Shown: one piece after another, positions 49,199 through 61,668 of the stretch
How the letters are laid out: each line of letters starts with the position of its first letter
Position numbering within the stretch: position 1 is the stretch's first letter
Assembly: GCA_001724265.1 (NCBI GenBank)
Contig: MEDY01000005.1
Location: 1-64,000, forward strand
Source: Rhizaria sp. SCN 62-66
Lineage: Eukaryota
Length of the DNA stretch: 64,000 nucleotides
Direction: 5' to 3'
Position numbers and translations under genes: made by a program
Notes under the pieces: model-generated
Told to the model about the DNA's origin: nothing
What the model saw: the letters and a program-made list of their open reading frames with translations, nothing else
Database searches by the model: none

Positions 49199-52100
49199 TC
49201 ACTCGTACATGACAACCTCCGGCAGCTCGAGCACCCGGGCGCTCTCGACGGCGGCGCGCAACAGCTCCTTGCCCCAGTGCTGGAGCACCTTGCTGCGCAC
49301 GCGCTCGCCGTCGCGCCGTTTCTCCTCCTCCACGGCCCACTTGAGCCGGTCCTCGGTCACGCGCGCAGACCGCCGCCCGAGCCCGAGCTCGCCCACGGTC
49401 ACCCCGGCGGCGGCGGCGATGGCGGCGGTGGTAAGCGACTTGGCGGCCGCGGCGTCGGCGGCATCGGCAGCGCGCGCCCAGCCGGCCTCGCGGCGGCTGT
49501 GAAGCGTGTGCGTGTACGCCGCCACCGCGTTCGACGCCAGCTTAGCCTCCCAGGGGGTTAGGGGCTTAGACGAGGCGCCCGCGGAGTCGGCAGCAGTCTT
49601 ACTCAAGCCAGCAGTCTTGGCGTTAGGCTTGCCGCTGCCACCAACCCTCGCGGCAGTCGCAGTGGAGGCCGCGGCGGCAGCCGTGGCAGTGGCGGAGGCG
49701 GCTGGGACGGGAAGGGGCTGCATCGTCTTGGGGCACAAGACGCCGCCGTACAGCGTGTCGAGTGTGGCAAACACAGCCTCAGACATACTTACGTCGGCGG
49801 GGTCACGGGCGTCGCGGTACTTAGACGCCAGCCCCCTGAGATCGGCGCTGGAGTTGACGACCAGCGCGAAGTCGTTCGTGGCAAACGCTGTCGTGGGCCG
49901 GTAAAACTTAGGATTGCGCTCCTCGGCAACAGACAAAGCACCAAACACAGGCACATTGGCAGACGCAGACGCAGAGGCGGATGCAGAGGAAGAGGAGCTC
50001 GAGCTCGCGCCGCTGCCACTCTCCTCGTCGTTTTTGTCATCGCTGTCCGTCATCGCAGCACCCTGGCCCTCCCCAGCCTCGCTCTTAACAGTCCCAGCGG
50101 CGGCGACGGGCGGCTTGTCGAGCGTGAGGGGCGCGAAGAAGGCGTTGTGCGGATGCTGCCACTGGCGCAGCGGCGAGGGCGGGCCCACGGCCGCGGCGGC
50201 CGCGGCGGCCACGGCTGCGGCCACGGCGGCCGCGGCGGCCTCGGTCGCCTCCGCCACGGTCAACGCAGCGGACGGCGGCTTAACTCCGGTAGACGCGGCC
50301 TTGACAGGGGCAGCGTCGGCACTCTCAGCCTTGACGGCGGCAGAGCTGTCGGCAGCCTCGCTCTTGACGACAGCCGGAGCTGAGTCAAAGTCGGTCATAG
50401 CCTCGGTCTTGACCAAGGCCTCGCCAGCCTCAGCCTTCACATCAGCGACCGCGGCAGCAGCAGCGGCAGCAGCAGCGGCAGCGGCAGCAGCAGCAGCAGT
50501 AGAAGACTCGGCCTCAGCCCCAGGTTCACTCTTGACGACGACCTCAGCAACATTGCCAGCAGTAGCGGCAGTGCTCGTAATACTGCCGCTGCCGTTGACG
50601 CCCTGGCTCGCCTTCCTCGCCTTGATGTGCTCGGCAACGCTGCGGAGCGCGGCCTCGAGCCCCTTGGTCGCTTTGCTCAGCCGCAGCCGCGCAACCGTGA
50701 GCGCGCGATTCGCGTTGTCGCGCCGCACCAGCAGCGGCGACGGCCCGGCCTTGCCGTCCTTGTCGTCCTTACCGGCCTTGCCGTCCTTGCCAGCCTTAGC
50801 GTCCTTGCCCTTACCCTTGGCGCCGCCACCGCTCTTGCCCTTGCCGCCATCGGCGCCGGAGCCGGCGGAGCTGCCCGCGGCGGCGACGGCGGCCGCCGCG
50901 GCGGCGGCCGCGGAGGTGGCGTTAGCTACCGCGGTGGTCGCGGCCGCCTTCTCTGCGACGGCCTTCTTGAGCCACTCCTGGCGGGCACGCGCGGCGGCCA
51001 CCTCCGCGGTCGCCGTCTTGAGTTCCACGAGTTCCCCGTCGGTGTACAGCGGCGCCGGCGACACCCAGGAACGCTCACGGTCGGTCGCCCAGAGTAAGGC
51101 CCCCGCCTCGGCCCACGCCCGCGTGACGACAGCGCCGCTGCTGCCGCTCAGGCCCACTCCGCCGGACTCTGCAGCAGCGCCAGCAGCGGGAGCGTGGTTG
51201 CTGCCCACGCTGCTCATGTAGGTCGCGGCGGCCGCGGCGGAGACGGCGGCAGCGGTGGCCTGCGCCAGCGCCTTGCTAGTCTGGCCCAGAGGCTCCGCAA
51301 CAGTGGGGCAGAACACCGAGACGGACGCAGCGGTCGCCGCGGCGGCCGCTGCGGTCACGGCCGTCGCGGCCAGCGCGGCATTGGCGCTGGCGGCCGCGGA
51401 GGCCGCCGTGGCGACGGCGGCGGCGGCCAGCGGAGCCGGGATGGGCACTGCGAGCGAGAGCAGTGAAATGCCGCGGGCGTCGGTCGTGTTTGTCGCGTTT
51501 GTGGTCGGATTGGCACTGGAACTGGAGCTACCGCTAGAGCCACCGTCGCCGCTGCTGCTGCTGTTGCCGTAGGAGGTGAGGGGAGGCAGGCGCGTAAGCA
51601 CTGCGGGCATGTGGCGGATGGCGGCGGCGACGTCCGCGCACTGCGCGCGGTACTCGCAGAGGTAGTGCAGGGCCCTTAGACGGGTAAGGGGCGACACCTC
51701 GAGCAGGGTACTGACGCCGGCTAAGGGGTTCGCGCGCAGCTCGCGGGCACTGACAACCTCGGGAACCTTAGGCGGCTTAACTTTGGCATCAGAGCCCTCA
51801 TCACCCTCAGCATTCGCACTTGCACTTGCACTAGAGCTAGAGCGAGAGCTAGAGCTAGAGTTAGAGCTAGAGCTAGAGCTAGAGCTAGAGCTAGAGCTAG
51901 AGCTCGTACTGTTGTTGCTATCAGCATTGGCGTTGTACTCCGTAAGGAACTGTGCGAACGTGACGGCGCGATCGCTCTCGCGGCGCTGCTTGAGGTTCCA
52001 CTGCTCCAACAACCAGCCCGGGTCGAAGCGCGTGAGGAAGTCGTCCTCGCCTTCATCCCGGTCGCCCCAAGCCCGCACCAGCTTCGCAACGTCAATGCCC

Positions 52101-53943
52101 TCGATCGCGGCCGCAGCAGACAGCGCAGCGGCTTCGTCCGCGTCCGCCGCGGCCTCGGCGGCGGCCGCCAGAGTCGCCTGCGCCTCGGCTGCAGACGCGG
52201 AGCCGATGAGGCTGCGGGGGCGCTTCGAGGCGGCCGCCGCGCCAGCGCTGCCGCTCTTGGCGTTGGCGGAGTTGCCACGACCGCTCTTGGAGGATGAAGG
52301 GGCAGTGCGCTTGCGGCTGCTGCGAGGGCTACTATCGTCGTCGTCGTCGCCGTCACCGTCATCGTCGTTTTCGTCATCGTCGCCGTCGCCGTCGCCGTCC
52401 TCGCCGTTGTCGTCGTCCTCGTCGTTCTCGTCGTCCTCATCCCCGTCAGACTCCGAGTCGGAGGGCTCCTCGACCGTGGCCTGCGCCCGCAGCGCGTGGC
52501 GCGCGATCAGCGCCAGCGCCAGCGCGTCGGCCACCTGAAACCCGAACCCTTCGTTGAGGCGGAAGCGCGCGCGCTCACGGTCAGAAGATAATATAAGCCG
52601 CGTCAAGAGGTGCGCCAGCGGCTCCAGCTGTGCGGGGGCAGTGTACAGAGTGTTGCGCGGCAGGCAGATGAGGCGCGCCAACTCGGGCACCGAGATTGGG
52701 GCGATCTAAGGGGATAGATGGTCGTATGGTCGCATTGAGACAAACAAGAAACGTGATAATAACATGATGTTAGTTGTTGTTATATGATAAAAGATTGAAT
52801 TTTCGGAATAGAAATGCAAATATATGAATAAACAGGTGTGACTCAAAGTCAAATGTAAGAGTGATTAAGATATCTTAAGCGCATTTTGCTCTGTTCTGCA
52901 AGCGCGCGTACCTTGAGCGCGGCGTGCGCGATGCGCGTGAAATGCGACACGGCGACGAGCTCGGGTGCATTCACCACGGCCATCTGCTCGCTCAGCGTCG
53001 CGCCGGTCGAGCTGCTCGCGAGGATCACAGTCGACGGGCCAGCAGCAGCGCCAGCGGCCGCAGCACTTGCACTCGCATGTGCATGTGCACTCGCACTAGA
53101 GCTAGAGCTGGAGCTAGAGTTGGAGCTGGCGCTGACAGCGGGGGGAAGGTTCCACTGCTTCGGGGGTTCAGACACGGGCTTGGAGGGGTGTGGCAGCAGC
53201 GCAACGGAAGTGAAGCCGCCTGCGGGCACGGCGCGGCTTACCTTTGACGCCGAGTCGGGTAACGCGTCGGCGGCCTTCTTGGCGCTCGGCTTGCGGGGCT
53301 TGGGGGCGGGCTTGTTGGCGCCAGCCTTGTCGCTCGCAGCCGACTTTGACGACTTGCTGTCAGCCTTGCCCTTGCTGTCGGGACTGGCCTTGCCTGCGCC
53401 GTTCTCGTCCTTCTTGCTGGCGCGCTTGACAGCGGGCTTCTCGCCAGTCGCCTTTCTGCCGCCATTCTTGCCCTTCTTGTCGTCACCAGCGTCGTCGACG
53501 TCGTCGCCGCCGTCACTGCCGTCCTCGTCCTTGTCCTTCTTGCCCTCGGCCGCTTCGGCCAGCATCTGCGCCTTCTTGGCGGCACGGCGGGCGACGGCGG
53601 CCACGCGGGCCTTCTCGCGGCGAATGGCAGCCTTGGCCTCCGCGGCAGCCGCGGCCTCGGCCTCAGCGTCGGCGTCGGCCTTAGAGTCAGTCGTGGACTC
53701 TGCAGCCGTGTCGGTCTTACTGCCGCCGCCTTTCTTGTCTTTGCTGGCGTCGGCCGTCATCTTGGTATTATCGGTCTTGTCAGCGCTCTTGCCCTTGGCA
53801 ACCGTGGCCTTGTCAGCGGCGTCGCTCTTCTCCTCTTTGTCAGCAGCAGCAGCAGCAGCAGTAGCAGTAGCGTTGTCGTTCATCTTCGTGCTGTCTGCGG
53901 CGGCGGCGGGAGCACCGCTGGTGGCAGCAGGCTCAACAGACAT
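49199..53943 (-). CDS. DDT/WHIM1-like chromatin protein (CECR2/RSF1-type ISWI partner candidate); join(52912..53943,49199..52705)
   Basis: Intron 52706..52911 (GTACGC...TAG, phase 0). Spliced PELVAVSHFTRIAHAALK|IAPISVPELARLI and LLEVSPLTRLRALHYLCEYR resemble DDT and WHIM1 blocks. Lys/acidic-rich tracts. TGA stop. Confidence 0.55.
51830..51904. repeat. (GAGCTA)n hexamer microsatellite encoding poly-Ser (TCT AGC) in the minus-strand gene
   Basis: About 12 near-perfect copies inside the 49199..53943 CDS, with a shorter related array near 53096..53127. Confidence 0.85.
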
Positions 53944-54687
53944 AACGCGGTTTAGTTGTCAGTGTCGCAAGAAAAATGTGTAATGTGTCGTGTAAATGTG
54001 TTGCGTTTGTCGTAAAGCAAACGCGGCCTTCGTGAAAGCGAGATCGATGTGGAAATGGAGAGGATGGTTTGCGTGGGTGAAGAGTGATTCGAAAGGACAA
54101 GTCATACAGAATATAAAGAGTGTATGTACAAAATCTTCAATAAGACCCAAACAAACAAGTGTGCATAAAATCCAATGACAGTCATGAAATCCCTATTAAC
54201 GGACTTGTGACGGTTCTAATTGATGATCAAGCAAAGGCAGCTTGTGTGGCGGGAATCGTCGTCGCCACTGGACGCTCGCGTCGTGAAAACCTCCTTAACC
54301 CTCTCTAGCTGATCTAAACATCATTGTGAAGCAAAAGTACCGGTACATGAAGATACAACACAAAATCTACTTGATAAATACGTCCTGTTTGAAATCTGTT
54401 AGTGTATTCCGAGTCAGATATCTTCCTTTTCAAATACGCAAGGCGTGAACGCTTTGCCATATCAATCAACAAGATACGCAACAAAATCAATACATCGCGC
54501 ACAATACACCGCATAACTCGCGCGTGTTTGTGAGCCCTTTTTCTTTTCTCATGTCATTCCTCATGCACTCTCGCGCTGTTTCAACTCAACCACCAAACAA
54601 CAATACAACCCACGGCACAGCGCGCCTCTTAGTCAAGTCTCACCTCTCATCTCCCCTCCAGTCTCTCTAAGCAGCACACTGGCGCGT

Positions 54688-57632
54688 TTAGAAGGCGCCG
54701 ACGGCGACGTTGGGCACGACGGGCACGACGGCGGGGGCGCCGACATCGACGTTCTCAGTCTGGTAGCGCGGCGTCATGAAGCGGCTCTTGACGACCATCC
54801 ACGAGGGCACTACAGGCGCGTCGCCGTCGGTCTGGATGCGCGGGCGCAGCAGCCCCGTCGCGGGGTCAACCTCGTTGGCGAACACGAAGGGCTTGGGCGT
54901 GAAGGGCGCGGTGACGGGAACGGGGCGCACGGTGAAGTCGACGTCGAGCAGGTACTCTGTCTTGTAGAGCGGGGAAGCCACGTCCGAGATCTGCTTCGCG
55001 AGCGACGCGAACGCCTGCTCAGGGGTCGGCTCGCGGAGAACGGAGATGGGCAGGTTCGCGCTGGGCAGCACGGGGGTGATAGTGAAGGAAACCTGTTGAG
55101 AGAAACAAAAAGAGCAAATTTGATGTTAAAGGAAATGAGCAAGTGCTTGAGAGTGCGTTATGTAGTCTAATGAATGATATTTTGTGTGGGAAGTGCAGCT
55201 ATCACCGTCAAATCGTTCGTTGCTTGAGTGCATTCTAGTGTTCGTACCTTGACGGAGCCGTGGGGCTGGGGGGGTGACATGCGGTTCTTGCTGGGGGACC
55301 CAGGGCCGATCTCGGCGTCAGCGTCAGCGTCGGCGTCGGCGTCAGCGTCAACCTCGGCGTCGGCCTCGAGCTCATAGAAGATGTCGGCCTCGGCGTCGGC
55401 CTCAGCGTCGAGCTCAGCGTCGAGCTCAGCGTCGAGCTCGGCGTCGAGCTCGGCGTCGAGCTCAGTCTCGAGGTCCATGTCAAGCTCGGCCTCGGCGTCG
55501 ACCTCGGTCTCGAGCTCAAAGAACACGGCCTCCTCCTCAACCTCAGTCTCGACGAAGAGGGCCTTGGTGGCGTTGGCAGCGGCGACGACGACGGGGACGG
55601 TAGCGTTGCTGACGGTGGCGTTGGCGGTGGTCTTGGCGGCGGCCACAACGACAGGGGCGGCGACGGTAGCGTTGGCGGTGGCGGTGGCGGCCACGACGAC
55701 GGGGGCAACGGCGGGAGCCTTGCTGGCAGCAGTGGAGTTGGCCGCAACGGTGACGTTGGCGACAACGACAGGCGCAGCGAGGGGGGCGACGGTCGCGTTG
55801 CTGACCGCAGCGGGGACAGCGGGGGCCGCGGGGGCAGCGGGGACGACGGCGGTGGCGGGCGCCTTGCTCGCGGTGGCGTTGGCGGCGGCGGCAGGGGCAG
55901 CGGGAACAGCGGCAGTCTGGTTCGCAACGGCAGTGCTGTTGGCAGCAGGAGCAGCGGGCGCGGCGGCAGGGGCAGCCTTGTTGCCGGCAGCAGCAGTGCC
56001 GTTCGCGGCAGCAGCAGTGCCGTTACCGGCAGCAGCGGCGGGGGCGGCGTCGGGGACGTTGAGGAACTCGAGCGCGTGGAGGGCCTTGCCGAGATCGTCA
56101 TCGGAGAGCTTGTACGCGGGGTTGTTGATCTTGGCGCTCATGACGTCCATCTCGGACACGGAGGCCGTCTTCTCGGCGGCCAGCGCGGCGGGGGGCAACT
56201 CCGCGGGCGCCACAGCGGGCGCGGCGGGGACCACAGGGGCCGCGGGCTGCGGCACGTCGGCGACCTTGGTGACAGCGTCGACGACGATGCGCTGCGGCGA
56301 AACACCGAGCACCGACGCGAGGTCCTGCGCGACGAAGCGGCCGAAGGCGGCCGAGTCCGCGATCTCGTCCATGCCGACGTTGAAGGTCAGCGAGGTCGAC
56401 ACGGCCACCGGCGGCGGGAGCACGGCGGCCGCGGGACGCGAGTGGTACGAGGCCGCGGCGAGGAACGACGCGTGCGACTGCTTAATCACTGCGTCGAAGT
56501 CGTACGCGGGCACTCCGGGCGCCGCGTTGTCCGTCGCCATCGCGGCGCGGTTGCCGTTGAGCGCGCGCGCAGCGGCGAGCTGCTCCGCGGCAGCCGCGGC
56601 GTCGGTGGCCGGTGTGCGTGGCTTGTTCAGCACGCGGCGCGTCTCGCTGGGGACCACGGGGACACCGGAGGCGTCGCTGTGCGCAAACTTGGGCTTCGAG
56701 TACGACGTCGGCACAGGCGCGGCGGGCTTGGGGGCAGCGGGCTTGGGGGCAGCGGGGGCCGCGGGAGCGGCGGGCTTGCCAGCGGCGGGGGCGGCAGGCG
56801 CAGCAGGCGCGGCGGGCTTGGCGGGCGCAGCGGGCACGGCGGGGGCGGTGGGCTTGGCGCCAGGGGCAGCAGGGGCCGCAGGCGCAGCCGGAGCGGCAGG
56901 AGCCGCAGGGGCAGCGGGGGCCGCAGGGGCAACCACGACAGGCTTAGCGGCAGGGGCAGCCGGGGCAGCGGGGGCGGCGGGGGCGGCGGTGGAGTTGCCG
57001 GCCGGGGCGGTGCTGTTGCCGGCGACGGGAGCCGGCGCGATCACCACAGGGGCGGCGGGGGCCGCGGGGGGAGCCATGTCGACCACGGTGGCCGCGCCGG
57101 GCTGCTGCTTGGGAGCAGCAGCGGCAGCAGCCGCTGCGGGGGCAGCGGCGGGGGCAGCGGCCGAAGCAGCAGCGGGAGCAGCAGCGGCAGCGGGCGCGGC
57201 GGGAGCGGCGACAGCGACGGGCGCAGCAACAACGACGGGCGCGGCAGCGGCAGCCGGAGCAGCAGCGGCGGGCGCAGCGGCAACGGCGGGAGCAGCAGCC
57301 GGAGTGGCGGTGGCCGCGACGGGGGCGATGACAGGAACGGCCGCAGCAGTCGTGTCTAAAGGAACAAAGAGAGATGAAGCCGACAAAAGCAAGGAAGCGT
57401 GAGACATGTTAAAGATGTTTGGACTGGCAGAGGCGAGCGAACGTATGGGCGAGCGAGAGCGAGAGTCACAGGGCAGCAAAGCATGAAAGGGCTGAGAGGC
57501 TCCAGATAGAGAGAGCCGGTCAACAAAAGAGGGCAATAGAGGTCAGGACGTACTCGTTGCGCCCACCTGGGTAGCCCCAGAGAGAGCAAGACCCGCAACG
57601 AGAAGGGTCACACCCAAAGCACCGAACTTCAT
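54688..57632 (-). CDS. Secreted Ala/Pro-rich protein with signal peptide, split SEA-like domain and acidic ELDA repeats; join(57554..57632,55248..57355,54688..55092)
   Basis: Exon 1 encodes the signal peptide MKFGALGVTLLVAGLALSGATQVGA. Two GTACG introns with matching phases (1 and 0). PAA repeats, many N-x-T/S sequons (NST, NAT, NGT), TAA stop. Confidence 0.75.
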
Positions 57633-58349
57633 AGCTCGAGCTTCTGTGCAGAGGCGTCGGGAGGGAGGAAAGCAGGAGAGGGCAAAGGGGCAGGTCGAGG
57701 TCAGCGAATCGATCAATATGAGGGGCTTCCGAAGGTAATTCGGGACTGTTCAAAGGATATGTCATACAAGCTGGCTCGTAATGTTTTCTAGTTATAACAT
57801 TAGTGCATGGACTGGCTTTCATGCCTCAAAAAGTGGGGGTTGTGTTCATCGGCCCAAAAATCATTTTACGATGCCTTTAAGGGCAGCCTGCTTTTTTTTG
57901 CGAACCGCACAGTCACGAAAGATCCGTGGTAGTATCAAACTCGAGTCAAACTCGCATATGACGTTTATAGATTGCATTGAATTGTATGTATTGTTTACAA
58001 CTATTTCTAAAATATGACGATTTCATAATTTGTTCGCGTATCGCCAAACACTATCATCCTCTAAACAGATCCCTCCAGCGTGCCAGCAGCGTGTTCGCAC
58101 TCTAGACCCAGTAGTATCAACCTGTCGCTGTAGAAAGTGAACAGCAACAGTCGTCGAGAGCCGCCGAGAACATAAAGAACACGTAAAACACACCACACGC
58201 AATGTTTCTATCTTATACAGCCTAACTAATACACTAGTATACAGGGGAAAAAACAATAAAAACAACAACATCTAAACCTCGAGTGCGTCGGTCATATCTC
58301 AGTAGAACTTGGCTATCGCCCCGTTCTCACTAATGGACAGACTTAGAAC

Positions 58350-59052
58350 TTAGAAGCGACCGAAGCCGCCTCCGCCAAACTGCTGCTGTTGTTGCTGCTG
58401 CATCATCATCATCTGCTGTTGCTGCTGCATCATCATCATCTGCTGCTGCTGCTGCGGCGTCATCATGCCCATGCCGCCCATGCCGCCGCCCATCTGCATC
58501 CCGCCCATGGGCATGCCGCCCATGCCGCCCATGCCGTACGCGGGGGCGCCCATGCCGTAGCCGGGGCCGCTCATGGGCGCCATCACGGGCGCAGGCGCGT
58601 TGCCGAGCCCGAGCCCCGCGAAGGCGTCCCCGTCGGCGCCGGAGTACGAGTGCAACCCGGCGGCGCCTCTGCCGACCGCCGCCGAGGCCGCGGCCTTGCG
58701 CTTGCGTTCCTTCTCCTCCTCCTCCTTGCCCAGGTCCAGGTCCACGATGCCCAGCAGGCCCGCCTGCGCCATCTTCGCGTTGAGCTCGGATTCCTTCTTC
58801 TTGCGCGCAGCCTCGGCCGCGGCCACGGGGTCCACGGGCGCGGCCGCGAAGTCGCCGAAGCCGAAGTCGTCGTCGCCGCCAGCGGTGCCGGTGTTGCTGC
58901 TGGTGTTGGACGCCACGGGGTGGCCCGCGCTCGTGCTCGCCGCGGAGGGGCCGTTGAGCGCGGCGAACGCGTCGAAACCACCGTTGTTATTGTTGCTAGT
59001 GGTAGAGGCAGCAGTGCTCGTGTTGGTGGCCTGGGCAAAGATGTCGAAAGCG

Positions 59053-59085
<33 letters not shown>

Positions 59086-60630
59086 GGGGGCTGGGTGAAC
59101 ATCATCGGCTGCTGCTGCATCATCATCGGCTGCTGTTGCGCATACATCATGTTGTTGTTCATGGCCATGGCGTTCATGTTCATAGCGTTGGCGTTGTTGT
59201 TGCTGCTGATGCTCATGGCGGCGAACGCGTCGAACGGGTTGGCCGCGGCGGCGGGCGCCGAGGCCGAAGCCATGGCGGCAAACGGATCCGCACTGGCGGC
59301 GGGAGCGGCGGGGGCGGGAGCGGGGGGGGCGGAGGACGCGGAGGCGAAGTCGCCGAAGTCGTCGTGGTTGTTGTTGTTTCTGGGGTTCGCCACGGCGTCG
59401 AAGTCGGCATCGAAGCCGGCGTCTGCGGCGGGCGCGGGCGCGGGCACGGCGTGGGACCCGTGTGCGGAGGCGCCGTGCTCGCGGCCGTGCGTCGCCGGGG
59501 GCTTGCCGATGGCCACGGCCGCGGCACCCGCGCCGCCGGAGCTGCTGGAACCGCCAGCGGCCTTGTTGGCTGTCTTGAGCGCGGCGATAGAGTTCGGGAC
59601 CACGATCTCGCGCTTGGCGCGCGTCGCGGGCGCCGCCGACGACGACTCAGAGGAGTTGTTGCCGTAGCCGCCGTAGCCGCCGCCGCTGGTGTTGTTGCTG
59701 CCGCTGCCGCTGCCGCCGTAACCGCCGTACTTGCTGCCGGAAGCGGTGCTATCGTGGCCGCTGCCGCCGTAGCCGCCGTAGGCGCTGCTGTTGTGCGAGT
59801 TGGCCGAGTCGGAGCCGAAGCCGCCGTAGGGGTCGCCGCCGCCGCCGCTGATGTGGCCGCCGCCGCTGCCGCCGGGGCCGCCCTCCGCGGAGCTGTTGGT
59901 GATGGCCGAGTAGCGAGAGCGGTTCTCGTTGGCGACCTTGCGGGCCTCATCGAGCTTGGTGGCGTCGTTGATGAGGTCGAGGATGCGTCTAGCGGCCTCG
60001 CGCGTGCCGGAGCCGCGCTCGCGCTCGCCGTCGTCGTAGGTGAAGTGCAGCAGCGAGCGGATGTGGTACTGGCGATCGCGCGCCTCCTCGACGACCCACT
60101 CGGAGCCGTTGTGGATGAGGTACTCAAGCAGCTCCAGGCTCTTGAAGATCATGAGAAAGTTGGCAGGCGCCTCCTCCATGCGCTTCCACAGCACGGGCAT
60201 GATCTCCTTGAAGGAGGTGTAGTTGAATGTGGAGCGCGCAATGTCGTTCTTCTGCGTCACCGAAGAGCCCCAGGACTCGTTCGTGGTCATCTCTTTGACC
60301 TTCTTCTCGAGGTCAGTGCCACGCATCAGGTCCACCTTGGACTTACTGTGCAAGTAAGAAAAGTTGGCAAGAAGTGTGCGAAAGCAAACGAAAAAAACCG
60401 TTTGGCAGTGAGCGAGAGATTCATGAAATTGCTGGGAGATTGTTAGAAAGTGGCTTTTTCCGGCGATTCTCAACATTATAGAAGATATAGGGTCAACATC
60501 AAGTAAATATGTTGTTATTAACCGTTCATTTACAAAACGGCATGATGTTAGGTCCAATTGGCGTGATGATAGAGGGCTGCGATGATGATACTAGATGAGA
60601 GTCGACGTACATAGCGTTTAAGTACTGCAT
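58350..60630 (-). CDS. CLINT1: ENTH-domain protein, epsinR/clathrin interactor 1-like; join(60611..60630,58350..60345)
   Basis: ENTH: EKKVKEMTTNESWG...IMPVLWKRM...IFKSLELLEYLIHNGSEWVV. DDFGDF and DFGFGDF (AP-1 gamma-ear-type), DPF/NPF and clathrin-box-like IVDLD motifs. Met/Gly-rich tail typical of epsinR. Micro-exon MQYLNAI joined by a phase-2 intron. Confidence 0.85.
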
Positions 60631-61668
60631 GTTGCCACGAGTCCTTCCACTAAGCGTGAGGCGAATGCAGCCGCATGGTGCAGAATCAAGTGAACGTGAT
60701 GTAGGTAATGTGTGAGAATTATGGCGAATGAGTGAGATGAAGGATAACGGATGAGGCAAATAATGTGGGGCGAGCATTGCAACCATTGAAGATAGTGGGA
60801 GCCTATCAGATGCGATTAGCGGAGATAAGAAGCACTTTGTCGAGCAATGAAAACAAGAATAAAAACAACAAACCGCATTTAATATAGACGTGGTGTCTGG
60901 TTTTGATTTGAACGCCCAGAGGTTGCGCTGCAGTCACTGCAAAAATACCACCTCAAAGTATCCTCGGCTCCTTCGATCGCGTCGAGCGATAGGGTTCGTA
61001 AAAACCCAAAAATCATTTTCCGAGACAACACACAAAGAAGCGTGTCAAAGTGATGCAAAACAGGAGAAAAAGGTAAGTTTGTATAAAGGTACTAATAGTT
61101 TTTTAACTGACACATACTAAACATCCGTAAGAGATCGTCGAAGCAACAGCAGCATGTCATGGAATAACACTACATCATCAAGCACATTGCACGCAACCAG
61201 CGACTGGTTCAGCGCTCGCATTGATCAAAGTTACAAACGGCCGTGTGGAACAACATTGGACAATGATGTTGCTAAAGACTGAGTGCCCTCGCGTGCCATC
61301 TTGATTGATACAGCGCCAACAGACATGACAGCAGTATCTTCATAGCAAGCGAGAGGACGCACAAAACAGCAAACGACGAATAGCGGATCCTGCCATACGC
61401 ATACACTATTGATATACAGAAGGAATAACAAAACAAAAAAAAAGGCATACAGGTGCGGTTCATGATAAGGTTAAAAAGGAAACACTCTGAAAAATATCAA
61501 CGAACAGAAAAACAAAATATCATGCCTGGTGCGCTTGGGCTTAGGAGGTACGAATAAAGAGTGTCATACAGTTGTTTTAGTTGCACACACACGCGTCACT
61601 CTCTCGCTCAAGTCGCTGGCACGTCACATGTTTGTCGCGGCGGCTTAACTTCATCCGCGACTTGGCGC

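Noticed and set aside
51830-51904. Telomere-like or CRISPR-like array
   Set aside because: Simple hexamer repeat encoding poly-Ser within a CDS, with no spacers or cas genes.
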